From the NCBI GenBank assembly GCA_029266835.1, contig JAQSWD010000037.1, forward strand, positions 944 to 64,943: a DNA stretch of 64,000 bases, read 5' to 3'. Source of the DNA: Steroidobacteraceae bacterium (GTDB lineage Bacteria; Pseudomonadota; Gammaproteobacteria; Steroidobacterales; Steroidobacteraceae). Each line of letters opens with the position of its first letter. The first letter of the stretch is position 1. Below the pieces are notes generated by a model. The model did no database searches and was not told the DNA's origin. It was given only the letters and a program-made list of their open reading frames with translations. Positions 48,707 through 58,196 of the stretch are shown here, piece by piece. Position numbers and translations under genes: made by a program.

Positions 48707-51523
48707 TTGGCAGACCGCGAACACGGCCGCGAGCAGGTGCTCTCCTTCGGGCCGTTCCAGCTGGTGCGGTCGCGCAAACTGTTGCTGCGTGACGGACGAG
48801 AGGTACGCCTCGGCAGCCGCGCCATCGAGCTGCTCACCGCGCTCGTGGAGCGCGCCGGCGAAGTCGTCGGCAAGAACGAGCTCATCGCCTACGTGTGGCC
48901 CGACACGATCGTCGAAGAGAACAACCTGCGCGTGCACATCACCGCCTTGCGCAAGTGCCTCGCCGAGGGCCAGGCGGGTGCGCGCTACATCGTCAACATG
49001 GCCGGCCGCGGTTATTCGTTCGTCGCGCCCATCTCGCGCAGCATCGACGATGCGCCACTACCCGCGCCCCCGCCGCCGCGCTACGGAAATCTGCCCGCAT
49101 CGCTGTCGCGTCCCGTGGGCCGCGGACTCGCTGTCGAAACCATCGCGCACCTGCTCGTGGGCCACCGACTGGTCACCGTGGTCGGCCCGGGCGGCATCGG
49201 CAAGAGCGCCGTGGCGCTCGACGTCGCGGAACGGATCGGTGACCGCTACGCCGACGGGCCGTATTTCGTGGATCTCGCCGCCGTCACGGATCCCGCGCTG
49301 GTCGTCGCCGCGGTGGCCAGCGCCGTGGGCGCATCGGCCGCGGGCGCCGAAGCCGTCGCGGCTCTCGCCGCGGTGCTGCGCGACATGCGTGTGCTGCTGC
49401 TCGTGGACAATTGCGAACACGTCATCGACGGCGTCGCAGACGTCATCGAGCGGCTGCTGCGCACTACCTCGCACCTCACCGTGCTCGCGACGAGCCGGGA
49501 GCCGCTGCAGGCCGACGGCGAGCAAATCTACCAGCTCTCGGCGCTGCCCGTGCCGCCGCCCGACGCGCGGCCGACGGCGTCCGAAGCGCTGCGCTATCCC
49601 GGCGTGCAACTGTTCGTCGATCGCGCGACGAACGGCTTCGACAACTTCGCGCTCACGGATGCCAACGCGGCGCAGGTCTCGCGCATCTGTCAGCGACTCG
49701 ATGGCGTACCGCTGGCCATCGAGATCGTGGCGGCACGTGCGGGCCTCGTCGGCCTGGCGGCGCTCGAGCTCGGGGACGAGGGCAGCGAGTTGCTCGCGGC
49801 CACCGGCCGGCGCACGGCCTCGAACCGACATCGCTCGTTGCGCGCCACGCTCGACTGGAGCTATCGACACCTCACATCCATGGAGCGGCGCGCGCTGCGC
49901 CGGCTGTCCGTGTTCGGCGGCTGGTTCACGCTCACGGCCGCGGTCGCCGTCATCGTGGATCAGCAACGCGAAGAGGCGCAGGCGCTCGAAGCCGTCATGT
50001 CGCTCGCCACGAAGTCTCTGCTCAGCACCGACATCTCCGGGCAGGAGTGCCGCTACCGTTTGCTGCACATGACGCGCCTGTATTCCGCCGAATTGCTCGA
50101 TTCCGGGGGTGACGCGCTGCAGGCTCGACGCCTCCACGCGCGCCGGCAGCAGCGGCTGCTCGAGGATGCGATGCGTGAGCAGGTGCCGCTCGCGCGTGCG
50201 CGCTGGCTGCAGCTACATCGCGCCTCGATCGAGGACGTGCGCGCCGCGATCCAGTGGTCGCTCGGCACCAGTGGCGAAGAGCTGCTGGGCGCGCACCTCG
50301 TGCTCGCGGCTCTCGCGTTCGGATTCCAGGTGTCGCTCATGGAGGAGTTCAAGTCGTGGACGGAAGCCGCGCTCGCGGCGCTGCGCCGCGCCGGCATCGC
50401 CGCTCCCGAGCTTGAAGTCCGACTCACCGCCGCGCTCGGCATGATGCGCAACCGCACCGCCGACGCGGACGGTTCGGTGAGCGCGGACATCGACCGCATG
50501 ATCGCGTTCACGCGCGAAGGCGGCACGCCAAAGGACGTCATCTGGCCGCTGAGCCTGAGCGCGCTCGTGAAGCTGGACTTCGGGGACTACGCGGGCTCAT
50601 TGCAGGCGCTCGCGGATTTGCAGGCCGCCGCGGCTACTGAAGACGACGTCTTCGCACGTCTTTCCGCGGATCGCGTCGGCGCCATGGTGTGTCACTGGGC
50701 GGGCGATCACGGCCGCGCACGCCAGCTGGCCGAGCGCGTGCTGCGGCACCCGGCGCAGACGATCCCGCCGGCGTACGTCCCGGTGTCCGTGGACCGGCGC
50801 GTCTCGATGCGCGTGGTGCTCGCGCGCGTGCTGTGGCTGGAAGGCTACGCGGACCAGGCGCGTGACATCGCGGCCGAAGCCCTGGAGCTCGCCGCGTTGG
50901 ACAGTCCAGGCGCGGTGTGCGATGCGCTCGGACACGCTGTGTGTCCCATCGCGTTCTGGCGCGGCGATGTCGCGGAGGCGGCGCGGATGAGCGCGATGCT
51001 GCTCGAGCATGCGCGCCGATTCACGCTCACGCGCTGGTTCATCGCGGCGTCGTGCCTGCAGGCCGTGCTGCGCCTCGATCTGCAGGTGAAAGAAGCCGGA
51101 CTTGTGACTCCTGAGGCATTGTCGCAGGCGGCGCCGTTGCCGGGCTTGCAACGGGACTTCATGGCGACCATCAGCGGCCGATGGCTCGACGACGTGACGA
51201 CGATGCGCGGCGATCAGCAGCTCGGCGGTTGGTGCACGGCTGAGATCCAGCGACGCGCGGCCGAGATTCGCTTCGCAGCCGGCGCTCTGTCCGCGGCGCA
51301 GCTCGAGGTCGCGCTGAAATCCTCGCTCCAGCTGGCGCGTGCGCAGGGCGCGTTCGCGTGGCAACTGCGCACGGCCACGGCGCTCGCTCGTCACTATTTG
51401 TTCGAGGAGGAGCGCGCCACGGGCCGCGCGCTGCTCGACCCGCTCGTGGCGTGCATCACCGAGGGCCGCAATACGGCGGATGCCGTGCAGGCGCAGCGCC
51501 TGCTCGCGCAACTGCACTCCTGA
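48707..51523 (+). CDS. STAND-type regulator: winged-HTH + NB-ARC-like NTPase + TPR-like region (paralog 2)
   Basis: 938 aa. TTG start 3 nt after the paralog 1 stop. It has the same motif order ('GPGGIGKSA', 'LLLVDNCEH', 'LATSRE', 'GVPLAIEI'). The wHTH is roughly three-quarters identical to paralog 1 by eye. Confidence 0.85.
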   Translation: MADREHGREQVLSFGPFQLVRSRKLLLRDGREVRLGSRAIELLTALVERAGEVVGKNELIAYVWPDTIVEENNLRVHITALRKCLAEGQAGARYIVNMAGRGYSFVAPISRSIDDAPLPAPPPPRYGNLPASLSRPVGRGLAVETIAHLLVGHRLVTVVGPGGIGKSAVALDVAERIGDRYADGPYFVDLAAVTDPALVVAAVASAVGASAAGAEAVAALAAVLRDMRVLLLVDNCEHVIDGVADVIERLLRTTSHLTVLATSREPLQADGEQIYQLSALPVPPPDARPTASEALRYPGVQLFVDRATNGFDNFALTDANAAQVSRICQRLDGVPLAIEIVAARAGLVGLAALELGDEGSELLAATGRRTASNRHRSLRATLDWSYRHLTSMERRALRRLSVFGGWFTLTAAVAVIVDQQREEAQALEAVMSLATKSLLSTDISGQECRYRLLHMTRLYSAELLDSGGDALQARRLHARRQQRLLEDAMREQVPLARARWLQLHRASIEDVRAAIQWSLGTSGEELLGAHLVLAALAFGFQVSLMEEFKSWTEAALAALRRAGIAAPELEVRLTAALGMMRNRTADADGSVSADIDRMIAFTREGGTPKDVIWPLSLSALVKLDFGDYAGSLQALADLQAAAATEDDVFARLSADRVGAMVCHWAGDHGRARQLAERVLRHPAQTIPPAYVPVSVDRRVSMRVVLARVLWLEGYADQARDIAAEALELAALDSPGAVCDALGHAVCPIAFWRGDVAEAARMSAMLLEHARRFTLTRWFIAASCLQAVLRLDLQVKEAGLVTPEALSQAAPLPGLQRDFMATISGRWLDDVTTMRGDQQLGGWCTAEIQRRAAEIRFAAGALSAAQLEVALKSSLQLARAQGAFAWQLRTATALARHYLFEEERATGRALLDPLVACITEGRNTADAVQAQRLLAQLHS

Positions 51524-51527
51524 CGTG

Positions 51528-53774
51528 TCAGAACTTCGCGCTGAGCACGAGGCTGATGGTCCGTGGCCGCGCCGCGGTCAGCGTGCGCGCCTGGTAGCCC
51601 TCAATCATCTTCCCGGCCTGCGGCACGAATTCATCGAACAGGTTCGTGACGTGCAGGCCGATGGAACGGCCGTCACGGGTTTCGAGATCCAGGTGCAGGC
51701 TGGTCATGTCGCTGGCGGGAATGACGAAGTAGCTCGGGTTCCGTGAAGAAACGATGTTGTGCCGATCGGATGCGTACTGGTAGTCGAGCCGTGCGTGAGC
51801 GGACAGGTTCGCGGCGACTGCATGGGTCCACTGGATGGCGCCGTTCACCGTCCACCGCGGCACGCCGGCCAGGCGGTCGCCATCCTGCAATTGCAGCGCG
51901 GGATTGGTGACCACCGGCTGCGGGCCGTGCAGACGCGCATCGGCATACGCCACACCCAGGTTCACTGACGTGTTGCCGGGCAGCTGCACGCCGAACTCGG
52001 TCTCGAAGCCATCCGACCGCGCGTCGCCGCCGTTCACGATGGAGCTGAAGATCGCGACCGGCAGAAGCTGTTGCACGTTCGCCCATTCGACGCGATAGAT
52101 GGCGCCGGTCCAGTCGAAGCGTTGATCGAACAGCGCGAGTTTCCAGCCGAGCTCGTAGTTCCACGCCGAGTCTGCCTCGTAGGGCGGGGCGGTGAGCGCA
52201 AACCCGCCGGGGTAGTTAGGGCCTCCGGCGCGGAAGCCCTGCGCCGCCTCGACGTAAAAAAGACTCTGCTCGCTCGCCTCGTAGGCCAGGTGGAATTTCT
52301 TGAACAGCTGGGATTCGCTGAAATCCTGGAATGGCTGCGCGCCCACGGGCGCGTCGGGAAAGAACTGCTGGACCAGCACTTGCTGGTCCGATCGGTAGGA
52401 GTGGAACCAGCGTGCGCCCACACTGAATTTCCACTTCGGCAGGATGCGATAGCCGGCATCGAGGAAGACCGCGTACTGATCGAAGCTGTCGTCGTTGTTG
52501 CGCGCGAACAGGCGGTTGATCGCCTGTCCGTCGTCGTCGTAGTCGATGTGCCCGTACTCGTTGGTCACGGCGAGTTGGCCGCGGCGGTACGTGTCCGACT
52601 GCTGCGTGAACGCGCCAACCGTCCACTCGCTGCGCTCGCCGGAGTGCGAGACGAGCCGCATCTCCGCGGAATACGCGCGCACGCCCTGGCGCGCGCTGGA
52701 ATCCGCGGGCACGTTGTCCGGCCCCGTGCAGCCGGCGTTCCAGTCGAACTCGGTGCAACCGCTGAGACTCAGCAGAAAGCGCGTGGAGTCGACATTGACG
52801 GTGGCATCGCGCTTCTGGAAAGCACCGGTCACCACGAAATCCGCCCAGCCCAGGTCCGACGTGGAGATCAGGTTGAACATCCACGATTCATCGACCCACG
52901 GTGTGCGCACGTATGCTTGCGAAACGTATCGGTCGCGGGGGGTCGCGAAGCCCGGGAACGTCTCGAAGGAATTGCCGGTCTCGAGATTCTGGTAGTAAGC
53001 GATCGCGGTCACCGACCAGTGGTCCGTCGCCTGCAACAGCGCGGAGAGACGCGCGCCCCAGGTGTGCTCCCAGTTGATGTCCTCGCCTTCCACCTGCCGC
53101 AGGGTGGTGCCGGCGAGGTGGTGGTTGTCGAGCCAGCCGCCTTCGTCACGGTAGTAAGCCGCCAGGCGCAGCGCGAAGCGATCGTCGATCAGTGGCTGGT
53201 TGAACATGCCGTTGAGCCGCCACGAGGGCGACCCGTGCGTGGTGCTTGCCCCCGACGCCTCGACGGCCGCTTCGGTGCGGTCGAGCACGGGCCGCCGCGA
53301 GATGATGCGGATGGCGCCGCCGATCGAGCCGTTTCCATACAGCGTGCCCTGCGGCCCGCGCAGCACTTCCACGCGGTCCACGTCCCAGAGCTTGAGATCG
53401 GGCTGACTGTCGCCCGTGTCGAGCGATGGACCGGGTAGGCCGCTGATCGGGATCTCGTCGTAATAGAGCGAGACCTCGGGTTCGCCCGCAGACTGCAGAC
53501 CGCGCAATGCATAGCGTTTCTGTCCGGGCCCGAGATCCGTGGCCGTGAGACCGGGAACCAGCGTGGCGAAATCACCGAAAGAATCCACGTTCACGGCCGC
53601 AAGCGTGTTCGAGCCCAGCACCGTCATGCTCACGGGCGTCCGCATGGGGAGAGTGGGGCGACGGGTGGCCGTCACCATGACCTCTTCGAGATCCTTATCT
53701 ACATCCTGCGCCATTGCGGCCGTGCCGGCCCAGGCGATCGCCGCCAACCAGACCCGCGGAAGAACTTTTCGCAT
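51528..53774 (-). CDS. TonB-dependent outer-membrane receptor
   Basis: Start is at 'MRKVLPRVWLAAIAWAGTAAMAQ' (53774). It has a TonB-box-like 'EVMVTATR', the plug motif 'RVEVLRGPQGTLYG' and a terminal '...LSAKF'. Confidence 0.9.
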   Translation of the reverse strand: MRKVLPRVWLAAIAWAGTAAMAQDVDKDLEEVMVTATRRPTLPMRTPVSMTVLGSNTLAAVNVDSFGDFATLVPGLTATDLGPGQKRYALRGLQSAGEPEVSLYYDEIPISGLPGPSLDTGDSQPDLKLWDVDRVEVLRGPQGTLYGNGSIGGAIRIISRRPVLDRTEAAVEASGASTTHGSPSWRLNGMFNQPLIDDRFALRLAAYYRDEGGWLDNHHLAGTTLRQVEGEDINWEHTWGARLSALLQATDHWSVTAIAYYQNLETGNSFETFPGFATPRDRYVSQAYVRTPWVDESWMFNLISTSDLGWADFVVTGAFQKRDATVNVDSTRFLLSLSGCTEFDWNAGCTGPDNVPADSSARQGVRAYSAEMRLVSHSGERSEWTVGAFTQQSDTYRRGQLAVTNEYGHIDYDDDGQAINRLFARNNDDSFDQYAVFLDAGYRILPKWKFSVGARWFHSYRSDQQVLVQQFFPDAPVGAQPFQDFSESQLFKKFHLAYEASEQSLFYVEAAQGFRAGGPNYPGGFALTAPPYEADSAWNYELGWKLALFDQRFDWTGAIYRVEWANVQQLLPVAIFSSIVNGGDARSDGFETEFGVQLPGNTSVNLGVAYADARLHGPQPVVTNPALQLQDGDRLAGVPRWTVNGAIQWTHAVAANLSAHARLDYQYASDRHNIVSSRNPSYFVIPASDMTSLHLDLETRDGRSIGLHVTNLFDEFVPQAGKMIEGYQARTLTAARPRTISLVLSAKF

Positions 53775-53874
53775 GGCGGCATGATCGCGGTCCTGGCCGT
53801 CGCCACCTGCTAATAAGTGTGAATCCGCATCGAAGTGATCACCATCCCGGGCGCAAGCCTGCGACGATGGTGGC

Positions 53875-55125
53875 ATGCACGAAGTCGTCACCGTCGCTGC
53901 CGCGCCTGCGGGGCGCATTTCCCGTCTGCATGTCATCGCGGGCATCGCCTGTGGGCTGGCGCTCGCCGTCGACATGATCGAGATGGCCCTGGGCGGCGCG
54001 CTGTCGACGGTGTTCCTCGCGCCGCCCTACAACCTCGGTACCACGCAGTTATCGCTGCTGGTGGCGGCGGTGTATCTCGGCGCCGTGCTCGGTGCGCCGA
54101 TGTTTGGCTGGCTCTCGGATCGGCGCGGCGTTCGTCGCTGCCTCGTGATCGCTCTGGGCTGGCTCGCGGTAACGACGATTTTTTGCGCGGCCTCTCCCGA
54201 CATGGTGTGGCTGGGCGCGCTGCGTTTCCTGTGCGGCCTGTCGCTCGGCGCCATTCCGCCGCTGCTCATCGCCTATCTCACGCAGATCGCGCCACCCGAG
54301 CGGCGCGGTCTGCTCATCTTCTGGGTGTGCGGGCTCGCGGCACTCGCGCCGCCCCTCGGAATCATGGCGGTGCGCTGGTTGCTGACGGCGGAGCCGTGGG
54401 GCATCGCGAGCTGGCGGTGGCCGCTCGTCGCGGCGGCGGTGTTGTCCGCCGTCGCCGCGTCGTTGTTCCGCCGGCTCCCGGATGGAAATGCAGCGGAGAG
54501 CTCGCGCGGCGCCGCGGGCATTGCGGAGTCATCGGCATCGGCATCGGCATCCGCATCGGCCTCGCCGCGACGCCTCGTTTACGTCTGCGCCATCTACTTC
54601 CTGTTCCCGTGGGCCGCGGTAGGTTTTCCGTTGTTGACGGGGCCCGTGTTGTTGCTGCGCGGCTTCGACGTGAGCCGCGCGCTGCTGTTCGTCGCATTGA
54701 CCACCGTGGGCCCGACGGTCGCGTCACTCATCACTGGCGCATTCGTCGACAGGCTCGGCCGGCGGACGACGCTGTGCGCGGCGGCGGCGCTGATGCTCGT
54801 CGCGGTGCTGCTGTTCGCATTCTGTCGCGCGCCGTCGTGGGTGGGCGGGGCGCTCGTGCTGTTCGGGCTCGCCGGTGCGATCTACGTCACCGCGCTCACG
54901 CTGTATGCCGCGGAGATCTTTCCACGTGCCGTGCGCACGTTCGCCACATCCACCGCCTGGGCGTGCAACCGCGCGGCCTCGGTCGTCGTGCCGCTCGCGC
55001 TGCTCGCGGTAATCACGCCGCGCGATTCGCTGCTACCCCTGTTGCCCATAGTCATCGCCATGCTCGCATCGATGGTGTTGATAGGCATGGGTCCGCGCGG
55101 CGCGGCCGGTCGCGCGGTCGATTAA
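53875..55125 (+). CDS. MFS transporter
   Basis: 416 aa with about 12 TM helices, the motif A-like 'GWLSDRRGVRR', and a central loop containing an (Ala-Ser)n run. Confidence 0.8.
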   Translation: MHEVVTVAAAPAGRISRLHVIAGIACGLALAVDMIEMALGGALSTVFLAPPYNLGTTQLSLLVAAVYLGAVLGAPMFGWLSDRRGVRRCLVIALGWLAVTTIFCAASPDMVWLGALRFLCGLSLGAIPPLLIAYLTQIAPPERRGLLIFWVCGLAALAPPLGIMAVRWLLTAEPWGIASWRWPLVAAAVLSAVAASLFRRLPDGNAAESSRGAAGIAESSASASASASASPRRLVYVCAIYFLFPWAAVGFPLLTGPVLLLRGFDVSRALLFVALTTVGPTVASLITGAFVDRLGRRTTLCAAAALMLVAVLLFAFCRAPSWVGGALVLFGLAGAIYVTALTLYAAEIFPRAVRTFATSTAWACNRAASVVVPLALLAVITPRDSLLPLLPIVIAMLASMVLIGMGPRGAAGRAVD

Positions 55126-55217
55126 TACCCGCCACAACGTTTAGCAGCTCTTTACTCACGCAGCGTCCGCGCTGCTGAGCAGAATCCTCTCGCGCCATCG
55201 AGGCGCGAGGAGGATCC

Positions 55218-56132
55218 ATGAAGAAGCTGCTGGCAATGTTGCTCACCTGCGTGTGTGTCGGCGCGCACGCGGGACAGTTCGATTTCCCGACCGGGTTCAC
55301 GACGCGATCCGTGCACGCGAAAGACGTGGACATCCACGTGCGCGTCGGCGGAAAGGGGCCCGCCGTGCTGCTGCTGCACGGCTACGGCGAGACTGGCGAC
55401 ATGTGGGCGCCGATGGCGGCGCAGCTCGCGCGCGATCACACCGTCGTGGTTCCCGACTTGCGCGGCATGGGCCTTTCGTCGCGGCCAGCGGGTGGTTACG
55501 ACAAGAAGACGCAGGCCGGCGACGTGGCCGCCGTGCTCGATGCGTTGAAGATCGGGCGCGTCGCGGTCGTGGCGCACGACATCGGCAACATGGTCGCGTT
55601 CGCGTTCGTCGCACAGCATCGTGATCGCGCGACTTCGCTCGTGGTCATCGACGCGCCGTTGCCCGGCATCGGACCGTGGGAGGAAGTCCTCAAGAATCCC
55701 CTGCTGTGGCATTTCCGCTTCGGCGGACCCGACATGGAGCGGCTGGTCGCGGGCCGCGAGCGCATCTATCTCGATCGGTTCTGGAACGAATTCTCCGCGA
55801 CGCCGGCACGCTTCAGCGAGGAGGCGCGGCAACACTACAGTCAGCTGTATGCACAGCCGGGCGCGATGCGCGCCGGGTTCGCGCAGTTCGCTGCGTTCGA
55901 CCAGGACGCCATCGACGATCGTGCGTACATCGCGCAGGCCGGCAAGCTGCAGCTTCCGGTGTATGCGATCGGCGGGGAGAAATCGTTCGGCTCCACGATG
56001 GCGGTGGTGATGCGCGCGGCCGCAAGCAACGTCACCGAGGGCGTCGTCCCGGATTCCGGTCACTGGATCATGGAAGAAAACCCGCGTGAAACAGTGGCCA
56101 TGGTGCGCGCGTTCCTGGAGAAGAACCGATGA
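55218..56132 (+). CDS. Secreted alpha/beta hydrolase (epoxide hydrolase/dehalogenase-like, Asp nucleophile)
   Basis: Signal peptide 'MKKLLAMLLTCVCVGAHA', 'LLLHGYGETGDMW', 'VVAHDIGNMVAF', and C-terminal 'SGHWIMEE'. Confidence 0.8.
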   Translation: MKKLLAMLLTCVCVGAHAGQFDFPTGFTTRSVHAKDVDIHVRVGGKGPAVLLLHGYGETGDMWAPMAAQLARDHTVVVPDLRGMGLSSRPAGGYDKKTQAGDVAAVLDALKIGRVAVVAHDIGNMVAFAFVAQHRDRATSLVVIDAPLPGIGPWEEVLKNPLLWHFRFGGPDMERLVAGRERIYLDRFWNEFSATPARFSEEARQHYSQLYAQPGAMRAGFAQFAAFDQDAIDDRAYIAQAGKLQLPVYAIGGEKSFGSTMAVVMRAAASNVTEGVVPDSGHWIMEENPRETVAMVRAFLEKNR

Positions 56133-56632
56133 ACGGGCTTCGAAAGTCATTGGCGGCAACCGGTATGTGCCTGCTCGCGGTGGTGGTGCTTGCGGCGGCG
56201 GATGCGCGCCTGCTGCGGCTCACGCCGGCCGAGATCGCGGCGCAGGCGAAGGGTGGGGCCGGGCCGGGCACCTCCGGCGTCGCTGGCATCCTAACTACCA
56301 CGCTGTCCGGCGACCCGCGCAAGGCGGGCCCCTACACCATCGAGATCCGCGTGCCGCCGAACACGCGCATCCAGGCGCACACGCATCGCGACGAACGCAC
56401 GGCGGTGGTGGCGTCGGGCCGCTGGTTTTTCGGTTACGGCACGAAAGCCGATGAGGCGCTGGTCAAGGAATTGCCCGCGGGCAGCTTCTACACCGAACCC
56501 GCGCACGTCGCGCATTTCGCGCTGACACGCGACGAGGGCGCCGTGGTCTACATCAGCGGCTTCGGTCCCACGGACACCGTCTACAACGCGGCTGCGAACA
56601 CGCCCGCGGACCAGACCGCTCACAAGGAGTAA
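56129..56632 (+). CDS. Secreted cupin-domain protein
   Basis: 167 aa with a signal peptide. The two His-containing cupin motifs are 'IQAHTHRDER' and 'PAHVAHF'. The start overlaps the preceding stop (ATGA). Confidence 0.6.
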   Translation: MNGLRKSLAATGMCLLAVVVLAAADARLLRLTPAEIAAQAKGGAGPGTSGVAGILTTTLSGDPRKAGPYTIEIRVPPNTRIQAHTHRDERTAVVASGRWFFGYGTKADEALVKELPAGSFYTEPAHVAHFALTRDEGAVVYISGFGPTDTVYNAAANTPADQTAHKE

Positions 56633-56635
56633 GAC

Positions 56636-57400
56636 ATGAACAACAAAATACTGATGATGGCGGCCGGCCTGCTGGCGGGCGGCAGTATCGCTGGCGCCGC
56701 GCCGGCGGCCGCGGCGCCGAAGACCACGGTGGTGCTCGTGCACGGCGCGTTCGCCGATGGCTCGAGCTGGAACCGCGTGATCCCGCTGCTGCAGGCGCGC
56801 GGGCTCGAAGTGGTGGCCGTGCAGAATCCGCTGAGCTCGCTTGCCGACGACGCTTCGGCGGCGCGGCGCGCCATCGAAGCCGCGCCGGGTCCGGTGGTGC
56901 TCGTCGGCCATTCGTGGGGTGGCGCGGTGATCACCGAGGCGGGCGACGACCCGCGGGTCAAGGCCCTGGTCTACGTGGCGGCGTTCGCGCTCGAAAAAGG
57001 CGAATCGGTCAACGATCTGCTGAAGGCGGGGCCGCCGCCCGCGTGGGCGGCGCAACTCCGGCGCGACTCGGCCGGATTCCTCACGCTGCCGCCCGACGTG
57101 GTCGCGAAAGATTTCGCGCAGGACCTGCCTGAGGCGGAAACGAAGCTCATGGCCGCGACGCAGGGCCCTTGGTCCGAGCGCTGCACCGCCGACGTGCTGA
57201 GCGCGGCGGCGTGGCACGGGCGTTCGTCGTGGTACCTGGTGGCGGAAAACGATCACATGATCGATCCGAACGCGCAGGCCGCCATGGCCGCGCGCATCGG
57301 CGCGAACGTCACCCGCGTGGCCGCGAGCCACGTCCCCATGCTCTCGCAGCCGCAACAGGTCGCCTCGGTCATCGCCGCGGCCGCGGCCTACATCCACTGA
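56636..57400 (+). CDS. Secreted alpha/beta hydrolase (Ser nucleophile)
   Basis: Signal peptide, 'VVLVHGAFADGSSW', the nucleophile elbow 'GHSWGG', and an AAGGAG ribosome-binding site upstream. Confidence 0.8.
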   Translation: MNNKILMMAAGLLAGGSIAGAAPAAAAPKTTVVLVHGAFADGSSWNRVIPLLQARGLEVVAVQNPLSSLADDASAARRAIEAAPGPVVLVGHSWGGAVITEAGDDPRVKALVYVAAFALEKGESVNDLLKAGPPPAWAAQLRRDSAGFLTLPPDVVAKDFAQDLPEAETKLMAATQGPWSERCTADVLSAAAWHGRSSWYLVAENDHMIDPNAQAAMAARIGANVTRVAASHVPMLSQPQQVASVIAAAAAYIH

Positions 57401-57417
57401 ACCAACAGGAAAACACC

Positions 57418-58107
57418 ATGTCCCCGAAGAAACTCGCACAACGCAGCGAGAAGGGCCTCCTCACGCCCGACAACTGCGTGCTCGCCTTCATCGACCTGCA
57501 GCCGCAGATGCTGTTCGGTGTCGCCAACTTCGATCGCCAGACCGTCATCAACAACAACCTGTTGCTCGCGAAAGCGGCGCGGGTGTTTGGTGTGCCGGTG
57601 ATTCTCACCACGGTCGAAACCCGCGCGTTCAGCGGAAACCTTTGGCCGCAGGTGCAAGCCGTATTCCCGGAGCAGCAGCCGATCGAGCGTTCGACTATGA
57701 ACTCTTGGGACGACGCGAAGTTCGTCGCCGCCGTGCAAGACACGGGTCGCCGCAAGCTCATCATCAGCGGCTTGTGGACGGAGACCTGCGTAGCCCTGCC
57801 CACGGTCCAGGCGCTCGATGACGGCTACGAAGTGTTCGTCGCGGAGGATTGCTGCGGCGACGTCAGCGCGCTCGCACACGACAACGCGATGCGACGCATG
57901 GAGCAGGCGGGCGCGAAGCCGGTCACGGCGCTCTCCGTGTTGCTCGAGTGGCAGCGCGACTGGGCGCTGAAGGAGACCTACGACGCCGTCATGGACATCG
58001 TGAAGACGCACTGCGGCGCCTATGGCGTCGGCGTGGAGTACGCGTACACGATGGTCCACGGCGCGCCGGCGTCGCAGCTTCCCGCGTACGTGCCGGCCGG
58101 ATCATGA
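57418..58107 (+). CDS. Isochorismatase-family hydrolase (YcaC-like)
   Basis: Start is at 'MSPKKLAQ' (57418) within track ORF 57169..58107. It aligns by eye with E. coli YcaC ('ILTT.ET', 'LIISGLWTETCVA.P', 'RM.QAGA'). Confidence 0.8.
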   Translation: MSPKKLAQRSEKGLLTPDNCVLAFIDLQPQMLFGVANFDRQTVINNNLLLAKAARVFGVPVILTTVETRAFSGNLWPQVQAVFPEQQPIERSTMNSWDDAKFVAAVQDTGRRKLIISGLWTETCVALPTVQALDDGYEVFVAEDCCGDVSALAHDNAMRRMEQAGAKPVTALSVLLEWQRDWALKETYDAVMDIVKTHCGAYGVGVEYAYTMVHGAPASQLPAYVPAGS

Positions 58108-58196
58108 AGGGCAGCCTGGTGACGACGGCGGCGCGCGTGCCTGCGCATCTCCCCGGCGAAGCCGCGCGCGCCGTCGTTACCGGGAGGAGGTGACAC

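Noticed and set aside
45797-50137. Long minus-strand ORFs (45797..47158, 47162..48037, 49058..50137) opposite the STAND regulator genes
   Set aside because: The + strand frames carry ordered wHTH, Walker A/B and GxP motifs, and the two frames are mutually homologous. The antisense translations have no motifs. These are shadow ORFs.
53775-53874. A/T-rich patch 'CTAATAAGTGTGAATCC' between the TonB receptor and the MFS gene, considered as a possible Fur box
   Set aside because: It matches only a few positions of the 19-bp Fur consensus (GATAATGATAATCATTATC) and lacks dyad symmetry. The evidence is insufficient to call it.
53835-55178. 447-aa + strand ORF overlapping the MFS gene in another frame
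   Set aside because: The translation is Arg-rich and non-hydrophobic, whereas frame 53875..55125 gives 12 clean TM helices and an MFS motif A. It is a frame shadow.
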